Below, piece by piece: positions 21,698 to 32,282 of a stretch of DNA of 64,000 nucleotides. Both the position numbers and the translations under genes were made by a program. The notes under the pieces were generated by a model. The model was not told the DNA's origin and searched no databases. It was given only the letters and a program-made list of their open reading frames with translations. This stretch comes from a virus: the IMG/VR virus record IMGVR_UViG_3300045988_010396, positions 1 to 64,000 of that record, one strand, 5' to 3'. Position 1 is the stretch's first letter. Every line of letters begins with the position of its first letter.

Positions 21698-23209
21698 TTA
21701 ATTAATGATTTGTTTGAAGTCAGTAATAGTAGTAGGACTACTAAGAAGATATACATAATAAGCTTCACCATCTATAGTTACTTCAGTTCTTATATAAGAA
21801 GCAAGATAATCGAAGTTATTATTATCCTTGATAGATGCAGCAGCACCAAACTCTTTAGGATAAGCAATACAGGTTTTCTGATTATTAAGATTAAATGTCA
21901 ATGTTCTATTTCTACCACCCTGCAAAGAAGATGTAAGTGCTTTCACATTAGCAGCATTGACTACAAAATTAGAAGCAACAACGCCACTATAAGAAAGAGC
22001 AACAAATCTGATAGAAACAGAACCACTAGCACTTTTATTTTCTTTTTCAACTCTAACATTGTATGTTGTATTAGTTGTGGCTGTAACTTGAGTAGTATAA
22101 GGTATATTACCATGGTGTTCATTACCATTAATTATAATAGTATCAACTTGTGTAATATCATCACCTTGATATGCTTTTACTGTAATATTAGCAGTAGCAG
22201 TAGTTCCTTTCTGAGCTAATGCTTTATCAATATTAACTGCAACTCTAAAAGGAAATACTTTGTCCATAAGAGTAGTAACATCCCTTTTAATATTAGTATT
22301 GTCTGTCTTTAAGTCAGTAACAGTACTGCCTATTACTCCTATGCTACTGTTAACATCTTTAATGGCATTGAACACAGCTTTATTTTGTATAGCATTAGCT
22401 GAAGTGTTATTAAGCTCTGCATCAAAGGAAGTCTCCACCTCACTGTTCAATATGCTCCAATGTCCTGAATATGTTGCATCCTTATAGTGCAAAACACTAT
22501 TATAGCCCTCAACATTATCAACAGTTGTTAAATTCGTAATATCAACATCACAATTTATAAAAGCTATTGGTAGGCTTGGCGATATATTGACAGAATCCCC
22601 TGCTGTAACATATCCATTGGCAATAGTAAGGTCATTACTTACAGCAGGTGTATCTTCTATAATCAAAAGATAGCCATTCAAGTCCAAAGTTCCTCTTGTA
22701 ATAGGAATACTATTCAAGTCTCCTGTGGCAATATAGTCCGCAGCAAATTTAGGTTGCTTCTTATTTAACTCTCCTGTTACAACCTTATTTTGTACAGGGT
22801 TTATACTTGTATCACTCAGACTATCATCTATAGCTATTCCTTCTACAGAACCTATAACCTCATATTTATTAAGGTCTTGCACCCACAAATATTCAGTATA
22901 TATGTTACCACTAGAGGGAGAGGTACTTGGAATTAAGTATATAATAGCAGGATTACCAATATCAGGCAAGCTATTTACTATCCTCACTTTAAGTAATCCC
23001 TCTTCCAAATTCTCAATTAGTTTATCTATATACTTAATACTGATTGTGTTAAGTAGTTTGTCTATAGATATACTCTTATTTGAGCCATCCTGCAATATTA
23101 CTATAGAATCATTTGAATAACACTTGTCAACTTTAGGGAAAGAAGAATCCTTCTTTCCAAAAAGTTGCAGTTTGTTCTTAATCTCATTTATTTGATTACT
23201 TGTAAACAT
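21698..23209 (-). CDS. tail fibre / receptor-binding protein, paralog 3
   Basis: C-terminal ~150 aa collinear with paralog 2; distinct N-terminal half. Confidence 0.55.
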   Translation of the reverse strand: MFTSNQINEIKNKLQLFGKKDSSFPKVDKCYSNDSIVILQDGSNKSISIDKLLNTISIKYIDKLIENLEEGLLKVRIVNSLPDIGNPAIIYLIPSTSPSSGNIYTEYLWVQDLNKYEVIGSVEGIAIDDSLSDTSINPVQNKVVTGELNKKQPKFAADYIATGDLNSIPITRGTLDLNGYLLIIEDTPAVSNDLTIANGYVTAGDSVNISPSLPIAFINCDVDITNLTTVDNVEGYNSVLHYKDATYSGHWSILNSEVETSFDAELNNTSANAIQNKAVFNAIKDVNSSIGVIGSTVTDLKTDNTNIKRDVTTLMDKVFPFRVAVNIDKALAQKGTTATANITVKAYQGDDITQVDTIIINGNEHHGNIPYTTQVTATTNTTYNVRVEKENKSASGSVSIRFVALSYSGVVASNFVVNAANVKALTSSLQGGRNRTLTFNLNNQKTCIAYPKEFGAAASIKDNNNFDYLASYIRTEVTIDGEAYYVYLLSSPTTITDFKQIIN

Positions 23210-25635
23210 CAGCTCTTACTATTAGGTTTATTTATTTGTTTTCTCTTGAGTTCAGCATCTGAGGCATTCTTTGATTGAGTCTCCTTATGCTTAGCCCATT
23301 CAAGCTCCATTTTCTTATCAAATTCTCTTATCTGTTCGGCTAGCTTATCCTTAGCTTCTTGACTATACTCATCAGGTGCTACACCATCCTCTTCAACATC
23401 TGTTGCTCTTGAGTTTGCACTAATAAGAGCTACCTGTATCTTAGTCTGGTTATCTCTCTGATTCTGTATATCCTTTTGTTGTAATTCAGCTTGCTTCTGC
23501 TCATTCTGCATTTGAGCTATCTGTTGCTGACTCTCAAGTTGCTGTTGCTGTGCCTGAGCCTGCCTCTCCCTAATATCCTTCTCATCCTTCTCTATCAATC
23601 TCTGCTTTTCAGCTAATGAGCTTGATGTGTAGAGCTTGGTTATAGTAGAGAATGACAATGTTTGAGTCTGTAATGCTGCCTGTGCTAGAGTGTCTAGCTT
23701 AGATTGAAGTTCCTGAGTACCATTGCTATTATCTACTACCAGACCATAATCAGCCTCAGCAAACTCATCACCATCAATATCCATTACTCTTGTTGATGTG
23801 TCAGATAAGATGTACTGGAACTTCTTGCTTCTACCCCTAAGTGCTATCTTAGCTGTTTCCAAGAAGCATTCCAATGCCCTCTTCTTAACATCATCATGTA
23901 CTACAAACAACCACTCTGTTATATGTGATGACTGTAATGTAGCTCTCTCCACTCCACCTACAGTCTCTCTATTGCTTATCTGACCTTCTCTTTGTTTGGT
24001 AATACCTGCAACCTCAGCCATCTCCATCTTAATAAACTCCAGAAGGTTGATTTGCTGCTGAATATAGTTACCTATATTAGTTTCAAGCATTCCCTTGCCT
24101 GCATTATTCAATGCACCTGCAAGTTTACCAGTTGAGGCTCCTATAGTACCCTCCTTAAAGCTATCAATAACAGCTATATGGTTAATCTTGGCATAGTACA
24201 TCCACTTGTCAATAGTCCAACCCTTAGGCACTTTACTCAAGTCAAGCTCTAGAATAGAACCCCAGTTTGCAGCCAGTGCCTTATTAAGCCTGTCATGTAT
24301 AGCATCATACAGATAGTTATAAGGCTTCATCATATCCACTAATGAGAAAGGTCTGCTATCATTGAGGTTATAGATTGAACCTACTATACCAAAGTGACAT
24401 CTTGATGGGTTACTTAACCTATTGTATTGTACTAGTCTAGGTCTCATATTGACAAAGATACCATCCTTGCTATCACCTATCATAGTACCCTCCCAAGCCT
24501 CATTTATCCAGAATCTCTGAGCCTCTTCACCCCTGTCTTTGTCTATTACATAGTTCTCAGGATAGAAGTTGTATACTTCCTCACCTGTCTCTGGGTCATA
24601 AGATTTAACTTTAAGTATAGCCCTCTTTGACTTCCAGTACATTCTAAGAACTCTAAGATTTCCTGCCAAGTCATAAGGTAGCAATGAAGATGTAACTCCC
24701 TCACTGAACAGGTTAGCTGGGTCAAAGTAGTATGAGCCATTGGATGCTGTAACCTCATCACCTATCATACTTGTATTGATGAAGCCATATCTCTCATCAA
24801 GATTATCCATAGAGTCAGTAGCTGCCTGACCAACATGGTCAGGAAGGTTCTCTATATACTCAATGTCTCTCTTAGTAAGTACATCATAGTATGTGTCAAT
24901 GACACGTCCAGGACTCCAATAATCTTCTAACAGTATGATGTCAGCATCTTCAATCCTATTTGAATAACCCGACTTAAATACTCTAATCTTTAGAGGATTT
25001 ATTCTCTCAATCACTGGTTCACCTCCTACAATGTCACATTGGTAAATCTCCTCACCAACTGCCATTGCATCCATGAAACCTTGATTGAATATGAGAGGCA
25101 TATTAAGCTCCTTGATATAATGGTTCAATAGAGCATTAGCTCTTATCTCTCTTATATCCTGCCATTCATATGTGTAGTAGTCATTCAGCTTCTCAAGCTT
25201 CTGGTTGAACTCATCTTCACTTGCTGATGTATCTGATATAAGCTCTTGCAATCTTTGGAATAGCTCAGACCTCTTGTTCTCTTCTATCTCAGATATTGCA
25301 TTAGGGTTTGTTACAACAACCTTGAAATCAAAGACTCTCTTACTCTCCTCACCCCTTAAAACATTGAGCTTAGAATTCATGATTGGATAGTGCTGTAACT
25401 TATCAGGTATATAACCAGCCTCTATATGGTCTGGATTAAGTACCATCTGCAAGTCTGACATATGCAACCTACCATTGAGCAAGTCATAGTTAATCTTCTT
25501 ATGAACTACTGACTTCCTAACTAAATTATAATTGAAGAAAGTCTTCTGGTTAGCCCATAAAAGGTGGTTTTTTCTCCACTCTTTAGTTTTCTTACTAAAG
25601 GAGAGCATTTGTCTTGGAAAATTTATATTATCCAT
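23209..25635 (-). CDS. putative portal protein
   Basis: 808-aa ORF immediately downstream of the large terminase (ATGA start/stop overlap with the next gene); Q/E-rich coiled-coil C-terminus; positional inference only. Confidence 0.4.
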   Translation of the reverse strand: MDNINFPRQMLSFSKKTKEWRKNHLLWANQKTFFNYNLVRKSVVHKKINYDLLNGRLHMSDLQMVLNPDHIEAGYIPDKLQHYPIMNSKLNVLRGEESKRVFDFKVVVTNPNAISEIEENKRSELFQRLQELISDTSASEDEFNQKLEKLNDYYTYEWQDIREIRANALLNHYIKELNMPLIFNQGFMDAMAVGEEIYQCDIVGGEPVIERINPLKIRVFKSGYSNRIEDADIILLEDYWSPGRVIDTYYDVLTKRDIEYIENLPDHVGQAATDSMDNLDERYGFINTSMIGDEVTASNGSYYFDPANLFSEGVTSSLLPYDLAGNLRVLRMYWKSKRAILKVKSYDPETGEEVYNFYPENYVIDKDRGEEAQRFWINEAWEGTMIGDSKDGIFVNMRPRLVQYNRLSNPSRCHFGIVGSIYNLNDSRPFSLVDMMKPYNYLYDAIHDRLNKALAANWGSILELDLSKVPKGWTIDKWMYYAKINHIAVIDSFKEGTIGASTGKLAGALNNAGKGMLETNIGNYIQQQINLLEFIKMEMAEVAGITKQREGQISNRETVGGVERATLQSSHITEWLFVVHDDVKKRALECFLETAKIALRGRSKKFQYILSDTSTRVMDIDGDEFAEADYGLVVDNSNGTQELQSKLDTLAQAALQTQTLSFSTITKLYTSSSLAEKQRLIEKDEKDIRERQAQAQQQQLESQQQIAQMQNEQKQAELQQKDIQNQRDNQTKIQVALISANSRATDVEEDGVAPDEYSQEAKDKLAEQIREFDKKMELEWAKHKETQSKNASDAELKRKQINKPNSKS

Positions 25636-25637
25636 AT

Positions 25638-26342
25638 TTATTCCTCATTATATTTCCATATATAGCCATATGCTGTTTTTCTTTTACCATTACAACAGCA
25701 GCTAATATGGTGACCTTTAACATCTAAGTACTGCTCTGCTTTCGTAGTAGAACTAAATTCTCTTATAATCTCTCCCGTAATCTTATCTATCATCAATACC
25801 TTCTTAGATAGAGCTTTTCTTAGCTTCTCCTTTGTAGTATCTGATAAGTGCTTACCATAGTTAGGATGTTCTGCTCCAGACTTAAATCCATACCTCAGAA
25901 GCTCCTTAAGCCTATGGTCTCTTTGTAGTTTCCAGCATTTTTTAGCAATTTCTCTTTGTTGCTCAATTCTTTCTCTAGAATGCTTTCTACCATATTGAGA
26001 TGCTTTTACCCCTCTATATTCTCTAAGTTTAGCTTTAGTTTCTTCTGAAACTGCTTTAGCTCCTTCTCCTCCATTAGCTATGTTGTAGCTTCTATTGGAT
26101 TTCCTATATCTAGCTATTAACAATCTCTCTATCCTGCAAGCGGCATCTTTGGGTAGTCTTCTAAATAGTATTATATGCTTAAAGTTTTCCCACCCATACT
26201 TTATTATAGCAGAGTTCAGATATGGATTATGTTTATATCCATAACTCCATCTTTTACTAGGATTATGATACTTAGTTATACCTACATAGACCTTAGAGTT
26301 AATTATATTTATGTGCAAATATACTATGTATTCATTTTCCAT
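25638..26342 (-). CDS. GIY-YIG homing endonuclease
   Basis: YIVYLHINIINSKVYVGITKY...SKRW core; free-standing between the terminase and portal genes. Confidence 0.75.
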   Translation of the reverse strand: MENEYIVYLHINIINSKVYVGITKYHNPSKRWSYGYKHNPYLNSAIIKYGWENFKHIILFRRLPKDAACRIERLLIARYRKSNRSYNIANGGEGAKAVSEETKAKLREYRGVKASQYGRKHSRERIEQQREIAKKCWKLQRDHRLKELLRYGFKSGAEHPNYGKHLSDTTKEKLRKALSKKVLMIDKITGEIIREFSSTTKAEQYLDVKGHHISCCCNGKRKTAYGYIWKYNEE

Positions 26343-26405
26343 GCTCTATAACTTTATGCAAAGTTAGTCAATCTTACTCATATCTGCAAGTAAATAAATG
26401 AAATA

Positions 26406-29400
26406 CTAACTAGTTGCCATATCTTTTACTAAATTTACTGTTTTCTTGAACTTCTTGTCATAGTTATTGGTGAAGAATGGGTCATTGCCTATATAATCCT
26501 TTGGAGTGGCATCTTTGTCCCTACTAGGATTACCTTGATATAGTACCATCTTCTCCTCTCTATATAACATAACCATACCTAATGCCCTGATTCTATCCAC
26601 ATTTATCTCAGGGTTGAATGCTATAAGTTCTTCTATCAAGGCTCTGTTCCTCAAGAAGAACAGGTTCTGGGTAGCTACTTCCCTCTCTACTCCATCTATA
26701 GTAGTAATCATAGTTACAGGTTTCATCAACCAATCCCTTATAAGACCATTGGCATAGTTGTTTATAGCTGCTGTAGCATTGACACCCTTCTGGTTACTAC
26801 CAAAGGAGCTGTACTTAATCATTTGCTTATCTCTCAGGTATTCAGGAGTATCAGCCAATAAGTGAGTACAAGTCATCTTGGCAAAGTAAGCATAGATTCC
26901 CTTCTTATTAGACTCATAGAGACACTTGGCATTATAGAATAGGCATAACAATCTCACTATCTCAAAGTTGTCCTCTGCAAATGATTGTCTACCTGTATAT
27001 TCAGCTACTATCTTGTCAGTCCATAAGTCCAATACAAATGTGGATGACAGTGATGATGACTCAGCCTGGTCATTGTCTACAGGGTCATGTCCTATTATAT
27101 ATCTAGTGTCAGGTACTTTACCACTCCTGTCTTTCTCAGGCAACTCAAATATCTCTATAGCTCCTGGTGTATCATTCTCTACTCCATACTTCCTGATAGG
27201 CTCATCACTTGTAGGTTTGAACTCTACTTCCCCACTCTTATTCATAACCAGCTTACCTATATATACATCATCAAATGAGTGCACATCAGTGTCAAGCTGC
27301 TGTAGTCTTTCAGTCAAAGCTGTAACTGGGAAGAATGCTGACTTTACCTTAATAATAGCCTCAGCAGGTGTAATAGGGTCTTCTGCTATAACTCTAAGAA
27401 CTGACTTAGGGTCAGCACTATACTTAGCCTTATACCTTTGCATAAGTATTTCTATCAGTGCTTTTACTACATCAGATACCCCATCCTTGTTATAGCACCC
27501 TGCTCTATTTATATATGATGGGAAGAAATAACCAAATGTAGGCTTACCTTGCTTAGGTTTGTCATATACATTCTCTACTGAGAGTATATTATAGGCTTCA
27601 GGATAATATAGCAAGGTCTTAGCTGAGCTAAAGTCTGATTCATCCTCGGCAGCAGTACCTACCAGATACATGGTGGCAAATGTATAGTCACCATCCTCCA
27701 CTGACTTTCTAGTAATGTCATACAAGGAAAGTAGTCCTTTGAATGAACCCATTTCCTCGAATAGAATCCAACCTCTCTTACCTCTCAGCTTCTCGCTGTC
27801 ATCCTTAGCTGATACTGCCAATACCTGATTTAGTGAACCTCTCTCAATACCATATTCATCCTTATAACCCATTTGCCATGACATCTCATTAGGAGAGTTC
27901 TTCAACATAAGGTGAGGGAAAGGAGTATGGGAGAAGCTAAAGTTAATTGCAGGCTTAAACTTAGATAGTGTACCATCCTTATTATCAGATAGATATTCTT
28001 TCTGATAAGCAGTCAACACTGTAATAACCCTTCTTTTGGATTCTTCTGACTCCCCCAAGATAAGATTATGTCCCATAATTGATGAGAGTGAATATGACTT
28101 GGCACAATTATGAGTAGCTACAAAATCTCCTATAAGGTAACAATTGTCTTTAGAGTCTACTGTGACACATTTAGCTTGTTGTTTACCTATATACTTTATA
28201 TCTATTATCTTGGTTCTTATTTCCTTATTTATAGTATATTCATTAGTTATTTTCTTAGCTCTCTTTTGCTTTCTTGGAAGATTAGAAATTATATCTCTAG
28301 TAAAGATAGTTAAAGAATAGCTTGATAAACATTCTTTATAGACACCATTAACTTTATATCTAGCCTTTTTTATAGTATAAGAGCAATTGTATCCAAGACT
28401 TCTACATATAAAGGCTATGTCTTCAATTAACTTTTTAGAACTTAATGATATTACATATCTATCACTTTTATCTAAAGTTCCATCACTATCCATTAAGCCT
28501 TTTAATAAGTTTAATCTTACTTCTCTTGAGTTATATTTGTATTCATCAGGTATAAACTTATCTTCAGACTTTTTCCAATATAGCCCATATTCTTTAAGAA
28601 TACTAGACCACCCAGGAATATCTATATGATAAGCATATTTACTATTCCATTTAATTAAGTTATAAGGTATATACTGCTTTTCAATATTTACATCTTCTTC
28701 TATTTGGGTATAATAACAGCATCTATGAACAAAGCATCCATCCCCTAATAGTAGTCCAAATGTATAAGGGTCTACTTTAGTTTCTTTATAAGGCATTTCT
28801 ATTCCTTCGTTTTTATGAATAGCGCACACGTACTCTATTCCTGAAGGATTTCTTTCAGATACTTTTTTGCCTCTCTTATACTCTTTTAGCAATTCCAAAG
28901 TAGTCATTATTTGACTGCCCATTCTATTATGAAAATCTATCTTCCATAGATGTTCATCAGATGCTAATATCTTTCTACCATCCCTAAGTGTAATTTCATA
29001 TACATCACATTCTTTATCATAAGGAATGTCTATAACCTTAGTTATATTACCATAAGTCCCATATAATTCATCACCTATTTGTATTTCTCCCCAAGTTCTC
29101 CATCCTTTAGGAGTAAATACCTTTTGACTATAAGGATGGGCGCCTCTCTTAGCCAGCTCAATGGCATGATGACCTTGCTCTCTGGCATTAAATAGATAAT
29201 AATATCTCCAGACATTACCCTCCTGTATGAAAGGGAATGATTCTACTCTGACAGCTTTCTTCTTGCCCTCAGTAATCTTATTGACCATCATAGGCTGATA
29301 GTTCAAGAACCAGTAGTTAAAACCTGAAATCCATGCACCATCTGAGGGCCTAATAAGACCCTCCCAACACCTTCTTCTCTCCTCATCCCAGAACTTCCTG

Positions 29401-29720
29401 AACTCTGAGTTAGGGTTACTATTGGGTTTTAGAAATGTGTAGCATCCATGCTTCTGATAATGCAATGCAGCTTGTCTAAAATAGTCAGCATCTTCAAGTA
29501 TAGGAGGATTAGTTATATCCACTATTGCAGCACCTCTTTCATCCCTAGGTAAATCCTTATAGCAAAGTCTATCTGGAGATATGAGATTCTTAATGAACTG
29601 TATATTAGTCAGACAATCCATAAGCTGCTCTGCTACCTCACTTGGCAAACTATCAAGCAACTCCTGTGTGACAGGAGTCTGATACCTGTTAGTCTGTATC
29701 AGCACCTTTATATTTTCCAT
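26406..29720 (-). CDS. terL: terminase large subunit interrupted by an intein (precursor 1104 aa)
   Basis: Largest ORF at the head of the structural operon. The internal ~340-aa segment has intein hallmarks. C-terminal nuclease-like region follows. Confidence 0.55.
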   Translation of the reverse strand: MENIKVLIQTNRYQTPVTQELLDSLPSEVAEQLMDCLTNIQFIKNLISPDRLCYKDLPRDERGAAIVDITNPPILEDADYFRQAALHYQKHGCYTFLKPNSNPNSEFRKFWDEERRRCWEGLIRPSDGAWISGFNYWFLNYQPMMVNKITEGKKKAVRVESFPFIQEGNVWRYYYLFNAREQGHHAIELAKRGAHPYSQKVFTPKGWRTWGEIQIGDELYGTYGNITKVIDIPYDKECDVYEITLRDGRKILASDEHLWKIDFHNRMGSQIMTTLELLKEYKRGKKVSERNPSGIEYVCAIHKNEGIEMPYKETKVDPYTFGLLLGDGCFVHRCCYYTQIEEDVNIEKQYIPYNLIKWNSKYAYHIDIPGWSSILKEYGLYWKKSEDKFIPDEYKYNSREVRLNLLKGLMDSDGTLDKSDRYVISLSSKKLIEDIAFICRSLGYNCSYTIKKARYKVNGVYKECLSSYSLTIFTRDIISNLPRKQKRAKKITNEYTINKEIRTKIIDIKYIGKQQAKCVTVDSKDNCYLIGDFVATHNCAKSYSLSSIMGHNLILGESEESKRRVITVLTAYQKEYLSDNKDGTLSKFKPAINFSFSHTPFPHLMLKNSPNEMSWQMGYKDEYGIERGSLNQVLAVSAKDDSEKLRGKRGWILFEEMGSFKGLLSLYDITRKSVEDGDYTFATMYLVGTAAEDESDFSSAKTLLYYPEAYNILSVENVYDKPKQGKPTFGYFFPSYINRAGCYNKDGVSDVVKALIEILMQRYKAKYSADPKSVLRVIAEDPITPAEAIIKVKSAFFPVTALTERLQQLDTDVHSFDDVYIGKLVMNKSGEVEFKPTSDEPIRKYGVENDTPGAIEIFELPEKDRSGKVPDTRYIIGHDPVDNDQAESSSLSSTFVLDLWTDKIVAEYTGRQSFAEDNFEIVRLLCLFYNAKCLYESNKKGIYAYFAKMTCTHLLADTPEYLRDKQMIKYSSFGSNQKGVNATAAINNYANGLIRDWLMKPVTMITTIDGVEREVATQNLFFLRNRALIEELIAFNPEINVDRIRALGMVMLYREEKMVLYQGNPSRDKDATPKDYIGNDPFFTNNYDKKFKKTVNLVKDMATS
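28107..29129 (-). mobile_element. intein with LAGLIDADG homing-endonuclease domain inside the terminase gene (approx. residues 198-538)
   Basis: Block B-like TLRDGRKILASDEHLW; two LAGLIDADG motifs (TFGLLLGDGCF, LLKGLMDSDGTL); C-terminal splice junction VATHN|C; AT-rich composition island 28100-28700. Confidence 0.5.
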
Positions 29721-30027
29721 CTAACATCAAAGTTAAGTTATCATAGTCCAGAAGGAGATTAAAGATAAGGATAAGCAGAGATTCTTCCATGAGCTTAGTC
29801 ATTTCGGACTCTTCCTTTTCAGTAACTATCCTACTGGTATGAGATAGTGTAGTTACTTTGAACTTCTCTCCGTTATTTATATACCATAGAGTCCACTTAT
29901 ACTCTTTGTAAGCCTTACTAAAGCTGTTACACTCTATTTCTTTGTGTAGTATGAAATGTACTCCTTTCTTACATTTCATCCTTTCAAACTTGGTATTCAA
30001 TACTTCTACTATTCCTACTGCATCCAT
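29689..30027 (-). CDS. hypothetical protein (possible small terminase subunit by position)
   Basis: 112-aa ORF overlapping the terL start; position only. Confidence 0.3.
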   Translation of the reverse strand: MDAVGIVEVLNTKFERMKCKKGVHFILHKEIECNSFSKAYKEYKWTLWYINNGEKFKVTTLSHTSRIVTEKEESEMTKLMEESLLILIFNLLLDYDNLTLMLDGKYKGADTD

Positions 30028-30045
30028 ATATCTTTAATATTAAAG

Positions 30046-31056
30046 TTATCTTTCTTTATGAGTACCAGATAACCAATCTTTTACTACTTTAGTATTCAAC
30101 ATTTGTCTACCCCTAGCTTTTGCTTTTTTAGAATGATAAGGGTCTCCTGTATTATATAATCCTTTCTTGTATAATCTGTATCCATGCTCCAGTGGGCTTG
30201 CTATATCTTTAAGGTCTTTGGCTTTAGAGGCTTCCCACCCTCTTTTATACCACTCATGGTTATTTATAAGAAATTGTGGATATATACCCCCAAAGTTTCT
30301 AGCATAAGACATATTATATAATCTTCTTTCATACTGTCTTTGCTCCTCTTTAGGCATAGGTTTATTATGTTTCTTTCTATAGGCTTTCTTCTTTGCATCA
30401 AGACTTACAGTAGGACTGGCTCCTAATAAAGTTTCTTCTGCTGCAAGCCCTAGTGCCTCATCTAAAGGAATGCCTGCTCTTTTAGCATTTACATATATAC
30501 TATCTAACATGTTAGTAGTTGTCCTGCCTACCCCTGGAATATCAATCTCCTTATCATAAATATAAGGAATAAAATAATCGTTAGAAGGATGGCCTAAAGA
30601 ATCTGCCGTATATACTTGTTTCTTATGTATATTAGCTATAGCATCTTCAAAGATACCACTTTCTCTGCCTGTCTTTGATGTATTATCCATAACTCTTTGA
30701 AATCTCCTTCCTTTATATTCAGCAGTATCCTGGTTATTTAATATGGCTTTATAGGCTCTACCATTATAGAGAATATTACTACCATTGATACCATCGTCAT
30801 AAGCTTTAGTAATAGCCTCTTTAAGAGAAGAAGCTTCATAAGAAGGAGTAAACCAATACTTAGGCTTTATCCAATCATATCCTTTATCTTCTTTTATTCC
30901 TCCTTCCTCAAATTTATTATAACTGTCAGCTATAATAGAGGTATCGTAGATACCGCTTTCTATACCTAATTTAAGATAAGGAACTCTCTCAGCCATTGAT
31001 AATTCATCCCATTTCTTCATATCACATATCCTCGTAAATACTCTTCTCTTGTGCAC
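30046..31056 (-). CDS. hypothetical protein
   Basis: 336-aa ORF. Confidence 0.45.
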   Translation of the reverse strand: MHKRRVFTRICDMKKWDELSMAERVPYLKLGIESGIYDTSIIADSYNKFEEGGIKEDKGYDWIKPKYWFTPSYEASSLKEAITKAYDDGINGSNILYNGRAYKAILNNQDTAEYKGRRFQRVMDNTSKTGRESGIFEDAIANIHKKQVYTADSLGHPSNDYFIPYIYDKEIDIPGVGRTTTNMLDSIYVNAKRAGIPLDEALGLAAEETLLGASPTVSLDAKKKAYRKKHNKPMPKEEQRQYERRLYNMSYARNFGGIYPQFLINNHEWYKRGWEASKAKDLKDIASPLEHGYRLYKKGLYNTGDPYHSKKAKARGRQMLNTKVVKDWLSGTHKER

Positions 31057-31579
31057 CTCTTACCTTATCACTCTGTGCTATCTCCTTAGCCAATGCTCTC
31101 TCAGCCTCATCTAGGTCTTTAACCATTGATGGCACTTGTTTAATAATAGCACCTAACTCCTTAACATCCTTTACATCAAGCTCTGACATATCAGATGTAA
31201 GGTCTCTCAATTTATTCCTATAACCATCAACCAAAGCTCTAGTATCTTCCAGTAATAGAGCTGATGTAGTCTTGAATGAGGCATATAGCTTCATGGCTTC
31301 CTTTACAGTTCCATCAGGTTGCCATGTAGACTTAAGACCTTCACCTTCTTTAATAGCCTTGCTTCTTTCATCCCTATCTATGATGTACTGGTAATCACTT
31401 CTGGGGTCTTCCATGAAATAGCAATATCCCAACTCCATTATAGCCCTTTCCTTAGAGGCTGACTTATCTCTTATCCATATAGCTCTAAAAGGCTTAAGAG
31501 CTAAAGCTTCCTCAGATATGCTGAGGTTATATCCTTCATATTTGAATAGTCTCATATACCTATTAAAATAAAAGCCCAA
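31022..31579 (-). CDS. hypothetical protein
   Basis: 185-aa ORF. Confidence 0.4.
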   Translation of the reverse strand: MGFYFNRYMRLFKYEGYNLSISEEALALKPFRAIWIRDKSASKERAIMELGYCYFMEDPRSDYQYIIDRDERSKAIKEGEGLKSTWQPDGTVKEAMKLYASFKTTSALLLEDTRALVDGYRNKLRDLTSDMSELDVKDVKELGAIIKQVPSMVKDLDEAERALAKEIAQSDKVRGAQEKSIYEDM

Positions 31580-31606
31580 TCTTGCTTTAAGACTGGGCTT
31601 ATAGTG

Positions 31607-32023
31607 TTAAACTAGAATCTTTGGCTGTTCAGTGTATATTGCAGGGCTTTCATCAAACTCCTCAACCTCAGCTACAAACTTAATATCAGAGCTTTGTAAG
31701 TACAGGTGTTCAACACCATCTATCTCTACTATATCAAAGTTGTAACCTATAACTGGATTGTCCTTGATTACCCCATCTTGCAGAGACCCAGGCTTATGTT
31801 TCATTACTGCATATCTCTTAGGATTGATAAACACTGTATCTCCTACTTCTATGCCTCTTACCATAGGTCCAATTGCAACTACAGTTTGGTATTCCTTAAC
31901 TGTATTAGCCTTGCTAGCATCAATCAGATTACTACCTCTGGCTTTAACTTCACTGCCATATCTGTTCATGGTAGTGATTAGCCCATCAAACATGGGCTTG
32001 ACTTTCTTTATTATTGTTACCAT
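31607..32023 (-). CDS. GroES/gp31-like co-chaperonin candidate
   Basis: 138 aa; pattern ...GSEVKARGSNLIDASKANTVKEYQTVVAIGPMVRGIEVGDTVFINPKRYAV... resembles the GroES beta-barrel with mobile loop; weak. Confidence 0.3.
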   Translation of the reverse strand: MVTIIKKVKPMFDGLITTMNRYGSEVKARGSNLIDASKANTVKEYQTVVAIGPMVRGIEVGDTVFINPKRYAVMKHKPGSLQDGVIKDNPVIGYNFDIVEIDGVEHLYLQSSDIKFVAEVEEFDESPAIYTEQPKILV

Positions 32024-32282
32024 CTCTTAGTTTCTTTACATGCTTATACCCATCCTTAATGGCTTTATACCTAGGGTATGTACATGATAGTTTTCCGATG
32101 CTAGGTATATTGAAGTTAGTCCTCAACTTGTTGAACTCCTCCTCACTAAGGTCATCTTTAAGTGGTAGTTCTGATATTGTGCATCTTATATACTCCCAAT
32201 AAGACTCATATGCCTCCTTGACTACTTCTCCGGGTAGTTCAAGCTTATTAGCCACATGGTCTATAGCATCTTGATAGTTCAT
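31986..32282 (-). CDS. hypothetical protein
   Basis: 98-aa ORF. Confidence 0.35.
   Translation of the reverse strand: MNYQDAIDHVANKLELPGEVVKEAYESYWEYIRCTISELPLKDDLSEEEFNKLRTNFNIPSIGKLSCTYPRYKAIKDGYKHVKKLRDGNNNKESQAHV

Noticed and set aside
26968-27495. Plus-strand ORFs inside the terminase gene (26968..27495, 27087..27278, 28110..28313, 28387..28629)
   Set aside because: They lie antisense within a well-supported long minus-strand gene and have low-complexity S/L/I-rich translations typical of antisense frames of AT-rich coding DNA.
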